The notes beneath the pieces were generated by a model. The model worked only from the letters and a program-made list of their open reading frames with translations, did no database searches and was not told the DNA's origin. Below, piece by piece: positions 38,519-48,210 of a stretch of DNA of 64,000 bases; within the stretch, counting starts at the first letter, position 1; every line of letters starts with the position of its first letter. The translations under genes were made by a program, and so were the position numbers. This DNA is from Candidatus Omnitrophota bacterium (GTDB taxonomy: Bacteria > Omnitrophota > Gorgyraeia > Zapsychrales > Fredricksoniimonadaceae): assembly GCA_002753465.1 (NCBI GenBank), contig PEAF01000002.1, forward strand, positions 10,942 to 74,941, given 5' to 3'.

Positions 38519-39880
38519 TTAAAGGTTTTCCACTTCTTTCAAAAGATTCTTCCGATTGAGGCCGATACGGTTCATGGCGTCAGCCGGGTCTGCACGGTAT
38601 GCCCGGCAAAAGGTGGTCACATCTTTTAACGTATGAACACCCTTGCCGTGCAATTGTTTTAAAACAACGGCCCGGACCAGCGTTTCATTAATAATATCTC
38701 GAGGTGTAACACCAGCTTCACGTGCCAATCTGTCACGATAGATCGTACTCGGTGACATCATCACAATACGATTCTGCTCATAATTATATTTATAAACTGG
38801 TGATAAAAGTATCCTCTTTGACTCCATGCCGCCAGTCTCACTAACTTCGTCGATCACACGAAAAACTTTATCTTCTACATGAAAACGTTTCAACACCACA
38901 AACACATCGATCAAATTAACGAGCACTTCGGGGATATTCATCGGGTCATTCTGTAAACGCATGATCGCCTCACGTGAAGTCAGGGCATGGATCGTACACA
39001 TGCAATACTTACCCACATTCATAGCCGTGATCATATCACGGGCCTCAATACCACGGACCTCACCGACGATAATACGTTCAGGGCGCATACGTAACGTATT
39101 CCTCACAAGGTCAGCCAGGGAAAGCTCGTCATCACTTTCGAGACGAGATACCGTGTCCATGAGAAAGGTGTTCATTTCCAACGTGTCCTCAATAAGGATC
39201 ACGTGATCTTTTTCTGGTATAAAACTGAAAAGAGCATTCAGCAGGGTTGTTTTTCCAGTACCGGGACCGCCTGCCAACATGATATTCGCAGGGCGAATAG
39301 CCATCCCATCCACGTAAACCCACAACTGCGCGGCCACCTCATACGACATGCTACCGAATGAAATAAGATCCAGGATGCTGACAGGGTCAACCTTCGCTTT
39401 GGTTATCGTGATCTGTGCGCCAAAAGGTGACGTAATGATATTCACACGTCCGCCTAAATTGACCAGCTCAAGATCAATGATACGCCTTACCATTTCGCGG
39501 TTCGCAAAAACCAGGATCTTCTTGATAAAAATATCAAGCTCACGAATATGCTCAAACTGCTTGCCCGTAGAGACAAAACCCTTTTCAGCGTGGTGAATAT
39601 AGATCGGCTGTAAACCGTGAATGACAATATCTTCCACGTCGCTATCGCACAACATGGATTCAATGATCCCGTAAGAAAGAAATTCACGGATAAAGGCTGA
39701 CTTGGCACTATTCGTAGTGAACTCATTTGAAAAACGGCGGGGCTTATCATTGACCAAGACACTCTCGAGCGCAGCCGATGCCAGCTCTTCGCGGTCATGG
39801 TCGGGCTGTAATATCTGCATCCTGCCTTTAAGCTTATCGAGCAGCTGATCTTCTAATTCCAAGCGTATATTTTTATTCAT
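38519..39880 (-). CDS. type II/IV secretion system ATPase (CpaF/VirB11/PilT superfamily)
   Basis: 453 aa; Walker A GGPGTGKTT, Asp/His boxes. Confidence 0.7.
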   Translation of the reverse strand: MNKNIRLELEDQLLDKLKGRMQILQPDHDREELASAALESVLVNDKPRRFSNEFTTNSAKSAFIREFLSYGIIESMLCDSDVEDIVIHGLQPIYIHHAEKGFVSTGKQFEHIRELDIFIKKILVFANREMVRRIIDLELVNLGGRVNIITSPFGAQITITKAKVDPVSILDLISFGSMSYEVAAQLWVYVDGMAIRPANIMLAGGPGTGKTTLLNALFSFIPEKDHVILIEDTLEMNTFLMDTVSRLESDDELSLADLVRNTLRMRPERIIVGEVRGIEARDMITAMNVGKYCMCTIHALTSREAIMRLQNDPMNIPEVLVNLIDVFVVLKRFHVEDKVFRVIDEVSETGGMESKRILLSPVYKYNYEQNRIVMMSPSTIYRDRLAREAGVTPRDIINETLVRAVVLKQLHGKGVHTLKDVTTFCRAYRADPADAMNRIGLNRKNLLKEVENL

Positions 39881-39920
39881 ATGGTTGATAATTTAACATG
39901 GCAGAAACAGGATGTAAACC

Positions 39921-42503
39921 CTATTCTCCCGTCTTTTCATTCAGGGTTCTTGTGATCACGACGGCAGCGTGATCTACATTAAGATATTTTTGAGCTGCAG
40001 ATCTAACAGCCTCCAGCGAAACCGCATCAATCCGTGAAGAATATTCATCGACATTTTTATAACCTAGGCCCAAAAGCTCATCCACAGCCCTTACCATGGT
40101 CTGCGATCCAATGGCCTGCATATCACTTGCCAGTCTGCTTTTAAGGTAGATCTTGGCATCTGCTAATTCCTGATCGCTGATCAAAGCATCGCGTACTTTC
40201 AGGAATTCTTCCTGCATGATCGAACGGACCTTATCGACGCCTTCATTACTTGTAAGCGCAAAGAAGCTGATCATGCCCGCGTCGATAGCAGGAGAAACAC
40301 TGCCGCTGACGGTATAGGCCTTTCCGAATTCATCACGGATACGCTTGAACAACCGTCCGCCTAAAGAAGAACTTAACACATTGACTAAAACCTCGGTAGC
40401 ATAACGATCACCATCTTTGATCAACGGCCCCCTGAAACCAAACATGACCAGCGCCTGCTCTTTATCCATTTTCATTTCTTTAATACGCACCGTCGCAGGC
40501 AACGGCTCTTCGCTAAGTTTGAACTCTGGCTTGCCCCGCTTTAAAACAGCCAAACGATGCTCGAGCTCACCGCGCATTTTTACAGCGTCGATATCACCAA
40601 AAACGGCAATGACGCCGTTATCTGAACGGACACAGCGCTCAAAAGCCGCCACGAGATCCGTACGCTTGATGCGACGCAAGCTTTCCTCTGTCCCAAGGCT
40701 GTCCCAACGGTAAGGATGGTGCTCAAAAAGAGTCTCGATCAAAACACGCGAAGATGTATGGAACACACTGTCCTTACGTCGCATTAAGGCCGTGATCATC
40801 TGATCTTTATCACGGCTGATCTCAACGTCAGGAAACGATGGCTTACTCAAGAGCAGTTCTAATTGGTCAAGAATAAACCCTTGGTCTTGAATTAATCCGT
40901 CTAAGGCTAATGTGAACGTATTTCTCCCCGCTCCGCCACTCACACTAACACCGCGCGACTCGGCCTCACGGCTGATCTGATCGGCCGTTTTTCCTGGCAA
41001 GCCCTTAGTCCATACTGAACCTGTCAAAGCAGCAAGCCCATTTAACGACAATGTTTCATAACGCATACCGCCATTAAAAACAGCACTCACTGAAATGATC
41101 GGCAGACTATGGTCTTCTTTTATAAGGAGCGTCAGCCCATTCGGCATGACAACCTTCTGAATTTCATGCTTTAAAACAGCATCATCTTTAATAATAACCT
41201 TAGCTGCAGACTTTGGTTTAAGGACAACAACATTGAGACGCTGATCCACAAGATAACGGGCAGCTACACGTTTTATGTCCTCATTTGTGACCGCGCGAAC
41301 ACCATCGAGATATCGATCGGAAAAGTTCATGTCACCCGTAAATGCCGTATCAGCGGCAGCCTTGTCCGCCATGCCTTCAGCCGTCTGACGGTCATAAATA
41401 TTCTCCGCCATGACCTGCCGTTTGATTTTTTCAAGCTCATCCGCCAGAAGCCCCTGGCGCTGAGCTGTCATTATCATATCTTTAATGACCGCAATAACCT
41501 TGTTAACATCCTGGTTTTTTATCACGCAGGAGACTTCAAACAACCCTCGGTCTTGTGGGGTATAATTTCCGGCATCTACAGATTCAACCAAATGACGTTT
41601 CTTGTACAGTTCAAGATACAACCTCGAGCTAGCACCTTGCCCGAGAGCCATCGCCAGCACATCAAGAGCATAAAGATCAGCGTCTAATAACTCAACGCTT
41701 TGATAGGCCATAACAAGCCGCGTCAGGTCTGTTGGATAATCAACTTCAAGGCGACGTGAAGCGATCTGCGCAGGCTCCTGAGGTACATTACGTAAAGGGA
41801 ATGATCGGGCCTTAAAGTCCTTGAACTTATCTTTAATCAGCGGCATTACATCATCTGGCTTCAGATTCCCAGCTATAGAAAGGATCATGTTATTCGGAAC
41901 ATAAAGCGTCTGATGGTACTCAACAAGATCATTACGCTTAAGGGAACGAAAAATATCTTCCCGTCCAATGATACGGTATTGATACGGGTGAACATGGTAC
42001 GCTGTCTGATAAACAAGATCACTGGTTTTACGGTCCGGGTTATCATTGACCATGTTCATTTCTTTAACGATCACTTCACGCTCACGATCAAGTTCAGCCT
42101 GGTCAAATAGCGGATTTATAACCATATCGGCGATAAGATCCAGCGCTTTCGGAAAGTTCTCCTGGGGCACACTTAAAACATAATCAGTATTATCATACCC
42201 GGTAGATGCGTTGATATACCCGCCCATAGCCCTGGCTTCCTGGGGAATAACACCAGCGGAACGCCGGGCGGTTCCCTTAAAAAGCATATGTTCAACGAAA
42301 TGCGTGATCCCGCTGCCCATGAACCTGCCCTCATTCGCTGCACCGGTCTTAACCCACAAATTTATCGCTGCCATGGGAGATGAAGGCATTTCACTCACAA
42401 GAACAGTCATGCCATTATCGAGGACAAATCTTTGAACAGAAGCCTGCGCTAACGAAATAAAAAGAACTAAATAAAATACAGATAAAACCAACACACGTCG
42501 CAT
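39921..42503 (-). CDS. secreted tandem M16 (pitrilysin/insulinase) zinc peptidase
   Basis: 860 aa; signal peptide; inverted zincin motif HFVEHMLFKGT; two M16 units. Confidence 0.8.
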   Translation of the reverse strand: MRRVLVLSVFYLVLFISLAQASVQRFVLDNGMTVLVSEMPSSPMAAINLWVKTGAANEGRFMGSGITHFVEHMLFKGTARRSAGVIPQEARAMGGYINASTGYDNTDYVLSVPQENFPKALDLIADMVINPLFDQAELDREREVIVKEMNMVNDNPDRKTSDLVYQTAYHVHPYQYRIIGREDIFRSLKRNDLVEYHQTLYVPNNMILSIAGNLKPDDVMPLIKDKFKDFKARSFPLRNVPQEPAQIASRRLEVDYPTDLTRLVMAYQSVELLDADLYALDVLAMALGQGASSRLYLELYKKRHLVESVDAGNYTPQDRGLFEVSCVIKNQDVNKVIAVIKDMIMTAQRQGLLADELEKIKRQVMAENIYDRQTAEGMADKAAADTAFTGDMNFSDRYLDGVRAVTNEDIKRVAARYLVDQRLNVVVLKPKSAAKVIIKDDAVLKHEIQKVVMPNGLTLLIKEDHSLPIISVSAVFNGGMRYETLSLNGLAALTGSVWTKGLPGKTADQISREAESRGVSVSGGAGRNTFTLALDGLIQDQGFILDQLELLLSKPSFPDVEISRDKDQMITALMRRKDSVFHTSSRVLIETLFEHHPYRWDSLGTEESLRRIKRTDLVAAFERCVRSDNGVIAVFGDIDAVKMRGELEHRLAVLKRGKPEFKLSEEPLPATVRIKEMKMDKEQALVMFGFRGPLIKDGDRYATEVLVNVLSSSLGGRLFKRIRDEFGKAYTVSGSVSPAIDAGMISFFALTSNEGVDKVRSIMQEEFLKVRDALISDQELADAKIYLKSRLASDMQAIGSQTMVRAVDELLGLGYKNVDEYSSRIDAVSLEAVRSAAQKYLNVDHAAVVITRTLNEKTGE

Positions 42504-42521
42504 AGATATCCTCTGTTTAAC

Positions 42522-43067
42522 CTAATTGAGCTGTTGACGGCGGCGGTAATCGTCCATAAGACGCCTTAGGTCAACATCACTGTTACGCGCCACTTGAGCG
42601 CAAATAAATATCAGAAGCGAAAACTGCCACACGTCTTCACGCCCTGTGATCAAGCCGCAAGTAACATCCTCTTCCCGCTCCAACTGATTGGCGAAATGGG
42701 CAACAGCGCTAGAAACCCCGCCCTCATAAACATCCAATGAATAAGTTTTATTATTATATTTGAGGGACGGCAACGTTATGCCTCTAACCAGCAGAAAATT
42801 GACCACAGCCCCTTGATCGACACCTTCCTCGTGCCTGAAATCAAAACCTTCAAACCTCGGAATATTCGGCGGCAGGATAAGCGCCGGCTTTTGGACCACA
42901 ACCTCACCCTTACGCACAACTGTATCGCCATCATTTATAAGGGAAGGTGACAAAAAAACATATGGCACATGAGTATCATCAAAAGTATGTAAAGACGAAA
43001 TACGCCGTCTTACAATTTCTGTTTCTTTTAAGGCACTTTCCCAAGCTTCCTGAAAATCCATAAACAC
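42522..43067 (-). CDS. hypothetical protein (181 aa)
   Basis: ORF with coding-like composition; no motif. Confidence 0.4.
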   Translation of the reverse strand: MFMDFQEAWESALKETEIVRRRISSLHTFDDTHVPYVFLSPSLINDGDTVVRKGEVVVQKPALILPPNIPRFEGFDFRHEEGVDQGAVVNFLLVRGITLPSLKYNNKTYSLDVYEGGVSSAVAHFANQLEREEDVTCGLITGREDVWQFSLLIFICAQVARNSDVDLRRLMDDYRRRQQLN

Positions 43068-43245
43068 ATCCTTTTTTAATAAGTCGCCGATGGTATAGCG
43101 AGCTTACATCACGGCTAAGTTATACCAAAACAGCTTCAGTGACGCAATCAAATACAAATAAAGAAACTTTTATTTCCATTTCTTTGACTTGTGATATTAT
43201 ATTGGACAAATCCGAACTATTATCACCTAACTACACGAGGTTTTT

Positions 43246-44250
43246 ATGAACAAACGACCGCTTCCGTTAAACAAACTCATGGCTTTCTTTTTAGGCGCCA
43301 TGCTTGTTATTGCACTGCCTTCACAAGCACATGCCCAGATCATTGACCAGGCTAAGCGTGAAACCAAGCGCGAAGAGAATATGAAGGTGCTCCAAGAGCG
43401 CTTCAAGTGGTGGCCTACAGATGCCCTTCCCGGCCCCGTTAAAGATGAGCGCGGCGGTTACTGGTGGTGGCCCAAAGAGGCTGGTTCTGTCAAAGAAAAC
43501 TGGGGTAACCGCGGCTACGTTTATGTGCTTAAAGTAATTTATGACTACAAAGCCAATGACGAACAGGCCTACCAGGAGCCAGTTAAAAAAGAAGAACCTA
43601 AAGCCATGAAGCCCTCATTGCTTATCAAAAAGATTATTCGCAACGTAAAAATCTATTTTGATTACAATAAAGCGGACCTACGCGAAGATCACACGCCTAT
43701 TCTTCAGAAGGCCATCAAATCCCTTGAAAAGAACCCCGAAGCGTCAATCCTGATCACGGGAAACTGTGATACCCGTGGCTCGGATGAATATAATATGAAG
43801 CTCGGTGCCAAGCGCAGCAGTGTTGTTCAAAATTATATGCTTGAAAATGGCATTACAGCAAACCGCATCAAGATCATCTCGCGCGGCAAGTTAGATGCTG
43901 TTGCTCCTGTCAAAGACCTGGCCGGCATGCAAAAAGACCGCAATGCCCAGTTCATGGTCGCTGTCGTTGAAGAGTTCGATGTCCCGGCAGACCAGATACC
44001 TCAAGACCAGAACGTCCAGAAAATGGATGATGGTAAATATGTCGTTGAGGAAAAAGAAAGCGTTGAGTCCGCACCCAAAGTGTCGAGCCGTGAATATACG
44101 ATCCAGCTTAATGATTCTCTCTGGAAGATCGCAGCCAAAGAAATGGGTAACGGCAACCGTTGGAAATACCTGTATGAACTTAACAAGGATAAGATTGCTA
44201 ACCCTAACAAGCTAAAAAAGGGCACGGTCATCATTATCCCGATCGAATAA
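43246..44250 (+). CDS. OmpA-family peptidoglycan-binding protein with C-terminal LysM domain
   Basis: Signal peptide; OmpA_C motif NCDTRGSDEYNMKLGAKRS; LysM YTIQLNDSLWKIA...GTVIIIP. Confidence 0.8.
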   Translation: MNKRPLPLNKLMAFFLGAMLVIALPSQAHAQIIDQAKRETKREENMKVLQERFKWWPTDALPGPVKDERGGYWWWPKEAGSVKENWGNRGYVYVLKVIYDYKANDEQAYQEPVKKEEPKAMKPSLLIKKIIRNVKIYFDYNKADLREDHTPILQKAIKSLEKNPEASILITGNCDTRGSDEYNMKLGAKRSSVVQNYMLENGITANRIKIISRGKLDAVAPVKDLAGMQKDRNAQFMVAVVEEFDVPADQIPQDQNVQKMDDGKYVVEEKESVESAPKVSSREYTIQLNDSLWKIAAKEMGNGNRWKYLYELNKDKIANPNKLKKGTVIIIPIE

Positions 44251-44275
44251 TAAAAACCTTCAGTAAGAAGCAAAA

Positions 44276-44304
44276 GGGAGCTGAATATTCAGCTCCCTTT
44301 TTAT
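44276..44304. terminator. bidirectional rho-independent terminator between convergent genes
   Basis: Perfect stem GGGAGCTGAATA/TATTCAGCTCCC flanked by A-run upstream and TTTTTAT downstream. Confidence 0.8.
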
Positions 44305-44329
44305 TTACACAGAAACAGCGGGCCAACAA

Positions 44330-46189
44330 CTAATGGATTTTACGGGCAATAAGAACACCAAACCCTTTACCTGCAAAAGGAACCTGCCCGATCAACTGAA
44401 CAGGTTGATAGTTCGGCGCCATCCAGGCATAAAGGTCACGGGCGTAATCCCTGCCGAAGTAATGCGCCCCATGCTCACCCATATCCTGATCAACAAGGAC
44501 AATGTAATCTGATGGAGCTGCTTTGAATGCCGCCAAGACATCACTCTCAGCGGACATATTAAAAAAGCTCGGTGAGAATTCAAAATATTTCGTTGAAAGC
44601 TCACGACCGGACATGAAATTCAACATAACGCCCTCAGGAAAAACAGTGACCGTCGTCCCTTTTGGCAATGCTTTCAGGAAATCAATGGCACGCATCAGGA
44701 TGGGGCCTCTTGATTCTATCTTGGGGCTGTAGGTCAAAAACTGCCCTCGATCAGACCCGAATACAAAGCTCTTGAATTTATAGTAAAAATTATCGACGAT
44801 CGAATAGCTTAGAACAACGCCCCCGAAGATCATTACAAGGAAGGTGTGAAAGAAAAGCTTCCAACCTTTTAAGCCTGCAACCACACGTTCTCCGCCGTCA
44901 TAAGAAACAACAACCAGCAATAAAGACGCGGGTAATGCCAGAATAAAGCCACTATGGTAAATATGCCCGTAAAGAACGATCTTCAACATCAAGATTGTCG
45001 AAAAAACAGCAAACGTAAACCTGATGATACAAGGAAGCATCCGATCGGGTGATCTTGATTGAACCAACTGTATGCCAAAAATGGCTAAAGAGATCAAACT
45101 TACCAAAGGAAGCAAACGAAATATCATGTAAGCAGGCACATATTGGGTTACAGCAATCCACAAACAAGCCGCTAATACAAGTATAATTAAACAATAACCC
45201 AGCCATCTGCACCACATCGTCCTCAGCTTTAAAAGGATCCAGGAAGTAAAGATTGCAAAACCTATCAATGCAAAATATGTAAAAGCGGAGACAGACATCA
45301 GATAAATACTTTTTGAAGGATTATCCATCCCTGAGAACATTTTATAGAAACCATTAACAGAAAGGCTGGTGTTAAATATCGCCATATACGGATAGAAAAA
45401 GGCGAAGACAGCTGGCTTTATCCCCATTTGTGAAATAAAGTACGCCAAAAAAGCAAAAACTGGAACAACTATCCCTATGATAAATATAAAAAATCGTGAA
45501 AATATCTCCTTGTACCCAAGGTATAAGGTTCTAGCCAGCGTACCGGCCATTAAGGCACTCGCCAGGGCAATAAAGACTTCCACCTTAGTTAGAAAAACCA
45601 ACCCGACTAAGATCCCTAGCCAAAAAACCTTACGACTTGATGGACTGCGGAGATATTCAGCGAAAAGCAAAAGAGCCGCAAAGGAAAGCACCAACCCATG
45701 CACTAATTCATGCGAATAAGGACAAATAAAATTGTAATTAGCAATGCCTGTATACTGGCCAAAAGCAAAAAGAGAGAAGAAAATACCTATGGCTAACAAA
45801 GTTGCGGCGACAGACGCCCATACACGAAGCAAACGGTAAGTAATAACCACAAAAACAAGAGTGATGAAAAAATTGATGCAGATGATAACGGAGAGATTTG
45901 ATGAGAACAACTTAAAAAAAACAGCGTAGAAATATTTGGATAAAGGGCCGTAATAAAAGAATATATCTTTGTAAAGGACCTTGCCCTCACTGAGTTGCCA
46001 GGGAATATATAGTTCTCGGCCAAAATCAACGATAATGTCAGGCCACTTACCCCAGCTCAGGGTCAAAACTGAAGCGGAAGCCGTCAATAAAACAAGCGTA
46101 CCCAATAAAGCCGGCCAGCCTATAGCAAGAATTGCCTCACGCTTGCGTTCAAGCCATGCCCGTAGCATCATTTGTCCTCGATTAAACAC
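44330..46189 (-). CDS. large polytopic membrane protein, hypothetical (GT-C-like?)
   Basis: 619 aa, >10 TM helices, C-terminal soluble region; function not assignable. Confidence 0.35.
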   Translation of the reverse strand: MFNRGQMMLRAWLERKREAILAIGWPALLGTLVLLTASASVLTLSWGKWPDIIVDFGRELYIPWQLSEGKVLYKDIFFYYGPLSKYFYAVFFKLFSSNLSVIICINFFITLVFVVITYRLLRVWASVAATLLAIGIFFSLFAFGQYTGIANYNFICPYSHELVHGLVLSFAALLLFAEYLRSPSSRKVFWLGILVGLVFLTKVEVFIALASALMAGTLARTLYLGYKEIFSRFFIFIIGIVVPVFAFLAYFISQMGIKPAVFAFFYPYMAIFNTSLSVNGFYKMFSGMDNPSKSIYLMSVSAFTYFALIGFAIFTSWILLKLRTMWCRWLGYCLIILVLAACLWIAVTQYVPAYMIFRLLPLVSLISLAIFGIQLVQSRSPDRMLPCIIRFTFAVFSTILMLKIVLYGHIYHSGFILALPASLLLVVVSYDGGERVVAGLKGWKLFFHTFLVMIFGGVVLSYSIVDNFYYKFKSFVFGSDRGQFLTYSPKIESRGPILMRAIDFLKALPKGTTVTVFPEGVMLNFMSGRELSTKYFEFSPSFFNMSAESDVLAAFKAAPSDYIVLVDQDMGEHGAHYFGRDYARDLYAWMAPNYQPVQLIGQVPFAGKGFGVLIARKIH

Positions 46190-48143
46190 GTATAGGTAGA
46201 ACTACAAAAGGTATTCCGCTCTGATAAAACTTCCGCTGAAGTGAAAAAGCTGTATCATTGTGCAACCAGCGCGTCCAGAGTGTTTCATTAGGGAACACCA
46301 GCTGCCCGCCAAAAATAACCGCATGCGGGAATCGTTTTGAAACGACTCCAATAACTTTATCCGCCTCTTCAAGGATGTCAACGCCCATATATGCCATGCT
46401 CTCGGCATAAGAGCCCTGGCGCTGCATAAACTCGACATAACGAACAAGGTCTTTCTTGACCTGTGCCTCAAGGTTAACAACTTCCGCTGCGCCTTTAAAA
46501 TTGCCGGCATCAATGATGCCCACCTGAACAAAAACGAAGTTCTTAAATTCCTTGCCGAAAAAACGCGTCACATTAAAAAGCGTATGCAAGCCAAGTCCGT
46601 TGAAGCCACCAACAAGAATAACAGCTGTCCGGCTGTTAGGATCGAATGGTGTGATTTTATCTGTAACGCTAGGAGAAACCGCGACAGCATGAACGAGCGT
46701 ATTAAGGCGGTGAAGCATTTTGGCAACTTCAAGATAATGGCGTTTAATGAATATAGCCAGAACAATAAGGGATCCAGTTACGAAGAGTGTGACCCATCCG
46801 CCTTCATTGAATTTCAAAATAACAACCGACAGCAGGATCACCGTTGTTAATACGAGGCCGGCCCAACTAACCACCATTTTACGCTTCCAGGGGAGTCCGT
46901 CATTTCGAACACTCCACCAATGACGCACCATGCCCATTTGGGATAAAACGAATGTGATGAATACATTGATACTGTAAAAGATCACCAGCAACGACACCTG
47001 CCCATGGGCTAAGAAAAGTGTGATCAGCGCCGCGACGCCCATGATCAGGATCCCGTTCTGAGTTACCAAACGGTCACTTAAATTCGCAAACTTATTCGGA
47101 AACCAGCGGTCCAGCGCCATATTGGCAATAACGCGCGGGCCTCCAAGGAATCCGGTCTGAGCGGCGACAAACAACAAAAGTGCTTCTGAAAGCAGAATTG
47201 TAACAACAAAACATGATCCGAATTGCCCCCAATCTTTTGCCATTGACTCAAACAAAACTGCATTTAATGTTTTCCCTGCTTGGGGCGTAACATGAAAAAG
47301 TAAATACCCGACCATCAGACCGAAAACAGTGATCGCCAGCGACCATGTCATATACCTCATGGTTCGTTTGCCGGTCTCAACCCGTGGTTCACGCAATATG
47401 TTCAACCCATTACTGACAGCTTCGATACCTGTGTAGGTACCTGCCCCCAGGGTGTATGAACGTAAGATCAATAGCAACATACCCACAAAACCTATTTGTG
47501 AAGAGGCCACCTGCGCATCCATCCGTGCATCTGTTATGATCGACGGCACCTGCCCCGCATGGGAAATAAAGGCATACAGGATAACAAAAGCATGTGCCGC
47601 CAGAAAAGTTAAGAAAATAGGGATAAGCGGCCCGATACTTTCCTTAACCCCACGCATATTCAAAATAATCAGGATCACGATAATAAACGCTTGTGCTTGA
47701 AGTTTGAATGTTTGCAGCTCGGGTGGGAGAAAGCTGAACAAAGCATCAACACCACTTGCCACAGACAGCGCAATGGTCAACACATAGTCGATCAAAAGTG
47801 CACACCCTGAGATCATGCCGGCTGTAGGATTGAGCAGTTTACTGGCAACAAGATACCCCCCGCCACCGGAAGGAAAAAGCTCAATGATCTGTGAATAACT
47901 GGCACTGATAAGAAAAACCGTACCCACCGTAGCCAGTGCAACAAAGATACTTAAATAAGTGTGGCCTTGTAGGGCCAGAAATGCGGCTTCAGGACCATAA
48001 CATGAGGATGTTAACCCATCCGCGCCAAGACCGATCCAAGCCAGGAATGCGACTAACGACAACTTATGGAAGACATCCCGATCAAGAGGGCTTTTGGCTT
48101 GCCCGATAAAAACATTCTTAATTTTTTTAAAAAATGAAGGCAT
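46182..48143 (-). CDS. APC-superfamily permease with ~200-aa C-terminal cytoplasmic domain
   Basis: 653 aa; 12-TM APC core then soluble extension. Confidence 0.6.
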   Translation of the reverse strand: MPSFFKKIKNVFIGQAKSPLDRDVFHKLSLVAFLAWIGLGADGLTSSCYGPEAAFLALQGHTYLSIFVALATVGTVFLISASYSQIIELFPSGGGGYLVASKLLNPTAGMISGCALLIDYVLTIALSVASGVDALFSFLPPELQTFKLQAQAFIIVILIILNMRGVKESIGPLIPIFLTFLAAHAFVILYAFISHAGQVPSIITDARMDAQVASSQIGFVGMLLLILRSYTLGAGTYTGIEAVSNGLNILREPRVETGKRTMRYMTWSLAITVFGLMVGYLLFHVTPQAGKTLNAVLFESMAKDWGQFGSCFVVTILLSEALLLFVAAQTGFLGGPRVIANMALDRWFPNKFANLSDRLVTQNGILIMGVAALITLFLAHGQVSLLVIFYSINVFITFVLSQMGMVRHWWSVRNDGLPWKRKMVVSWAGLVLTTVILLSVVILKFNEGGWVTLFVTGSLIVLAIFIKRHYLEVAKMLHRLNTLVHAVAVSPSVTDKITPFDPNSRTAVILVGGFNGLGLHTLFNVTRFFGKEFKNFVFVQVGIIDAGNFKGAAEVVNLEAQVKKDLVRYVEFMQRQGSYAESMAYMGVDILEEADKVIGVVSKRFPHAVIFGGQLVFPNETLWTRWLHNDTAFSLQRKFYQSGIPFVVLPIRV

Positions 48144-48210
48144 TGATATCTCACTAAGTAAGTTTTAAAGAAGGTGATATTTTAATACAAAATTAAATTC
48201 TTAAGAAGAT

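Noticed and set aside
43185-43215. Promoter for ompA/LysM gene (TTGACT...)
   Set aside because: Spacing between the TTGACT -35 and any acceptable -10 hexamer is wrong.
44001-44273. 90-aa antisense ORF inside the ompA/LysM gene, and similar antisense ORFs inside sufS, sufB, PFOR, ACS, HK etc.
   Set aside because: All lie antisense within strongly supported genes and have biased compositions; treated as spurious.
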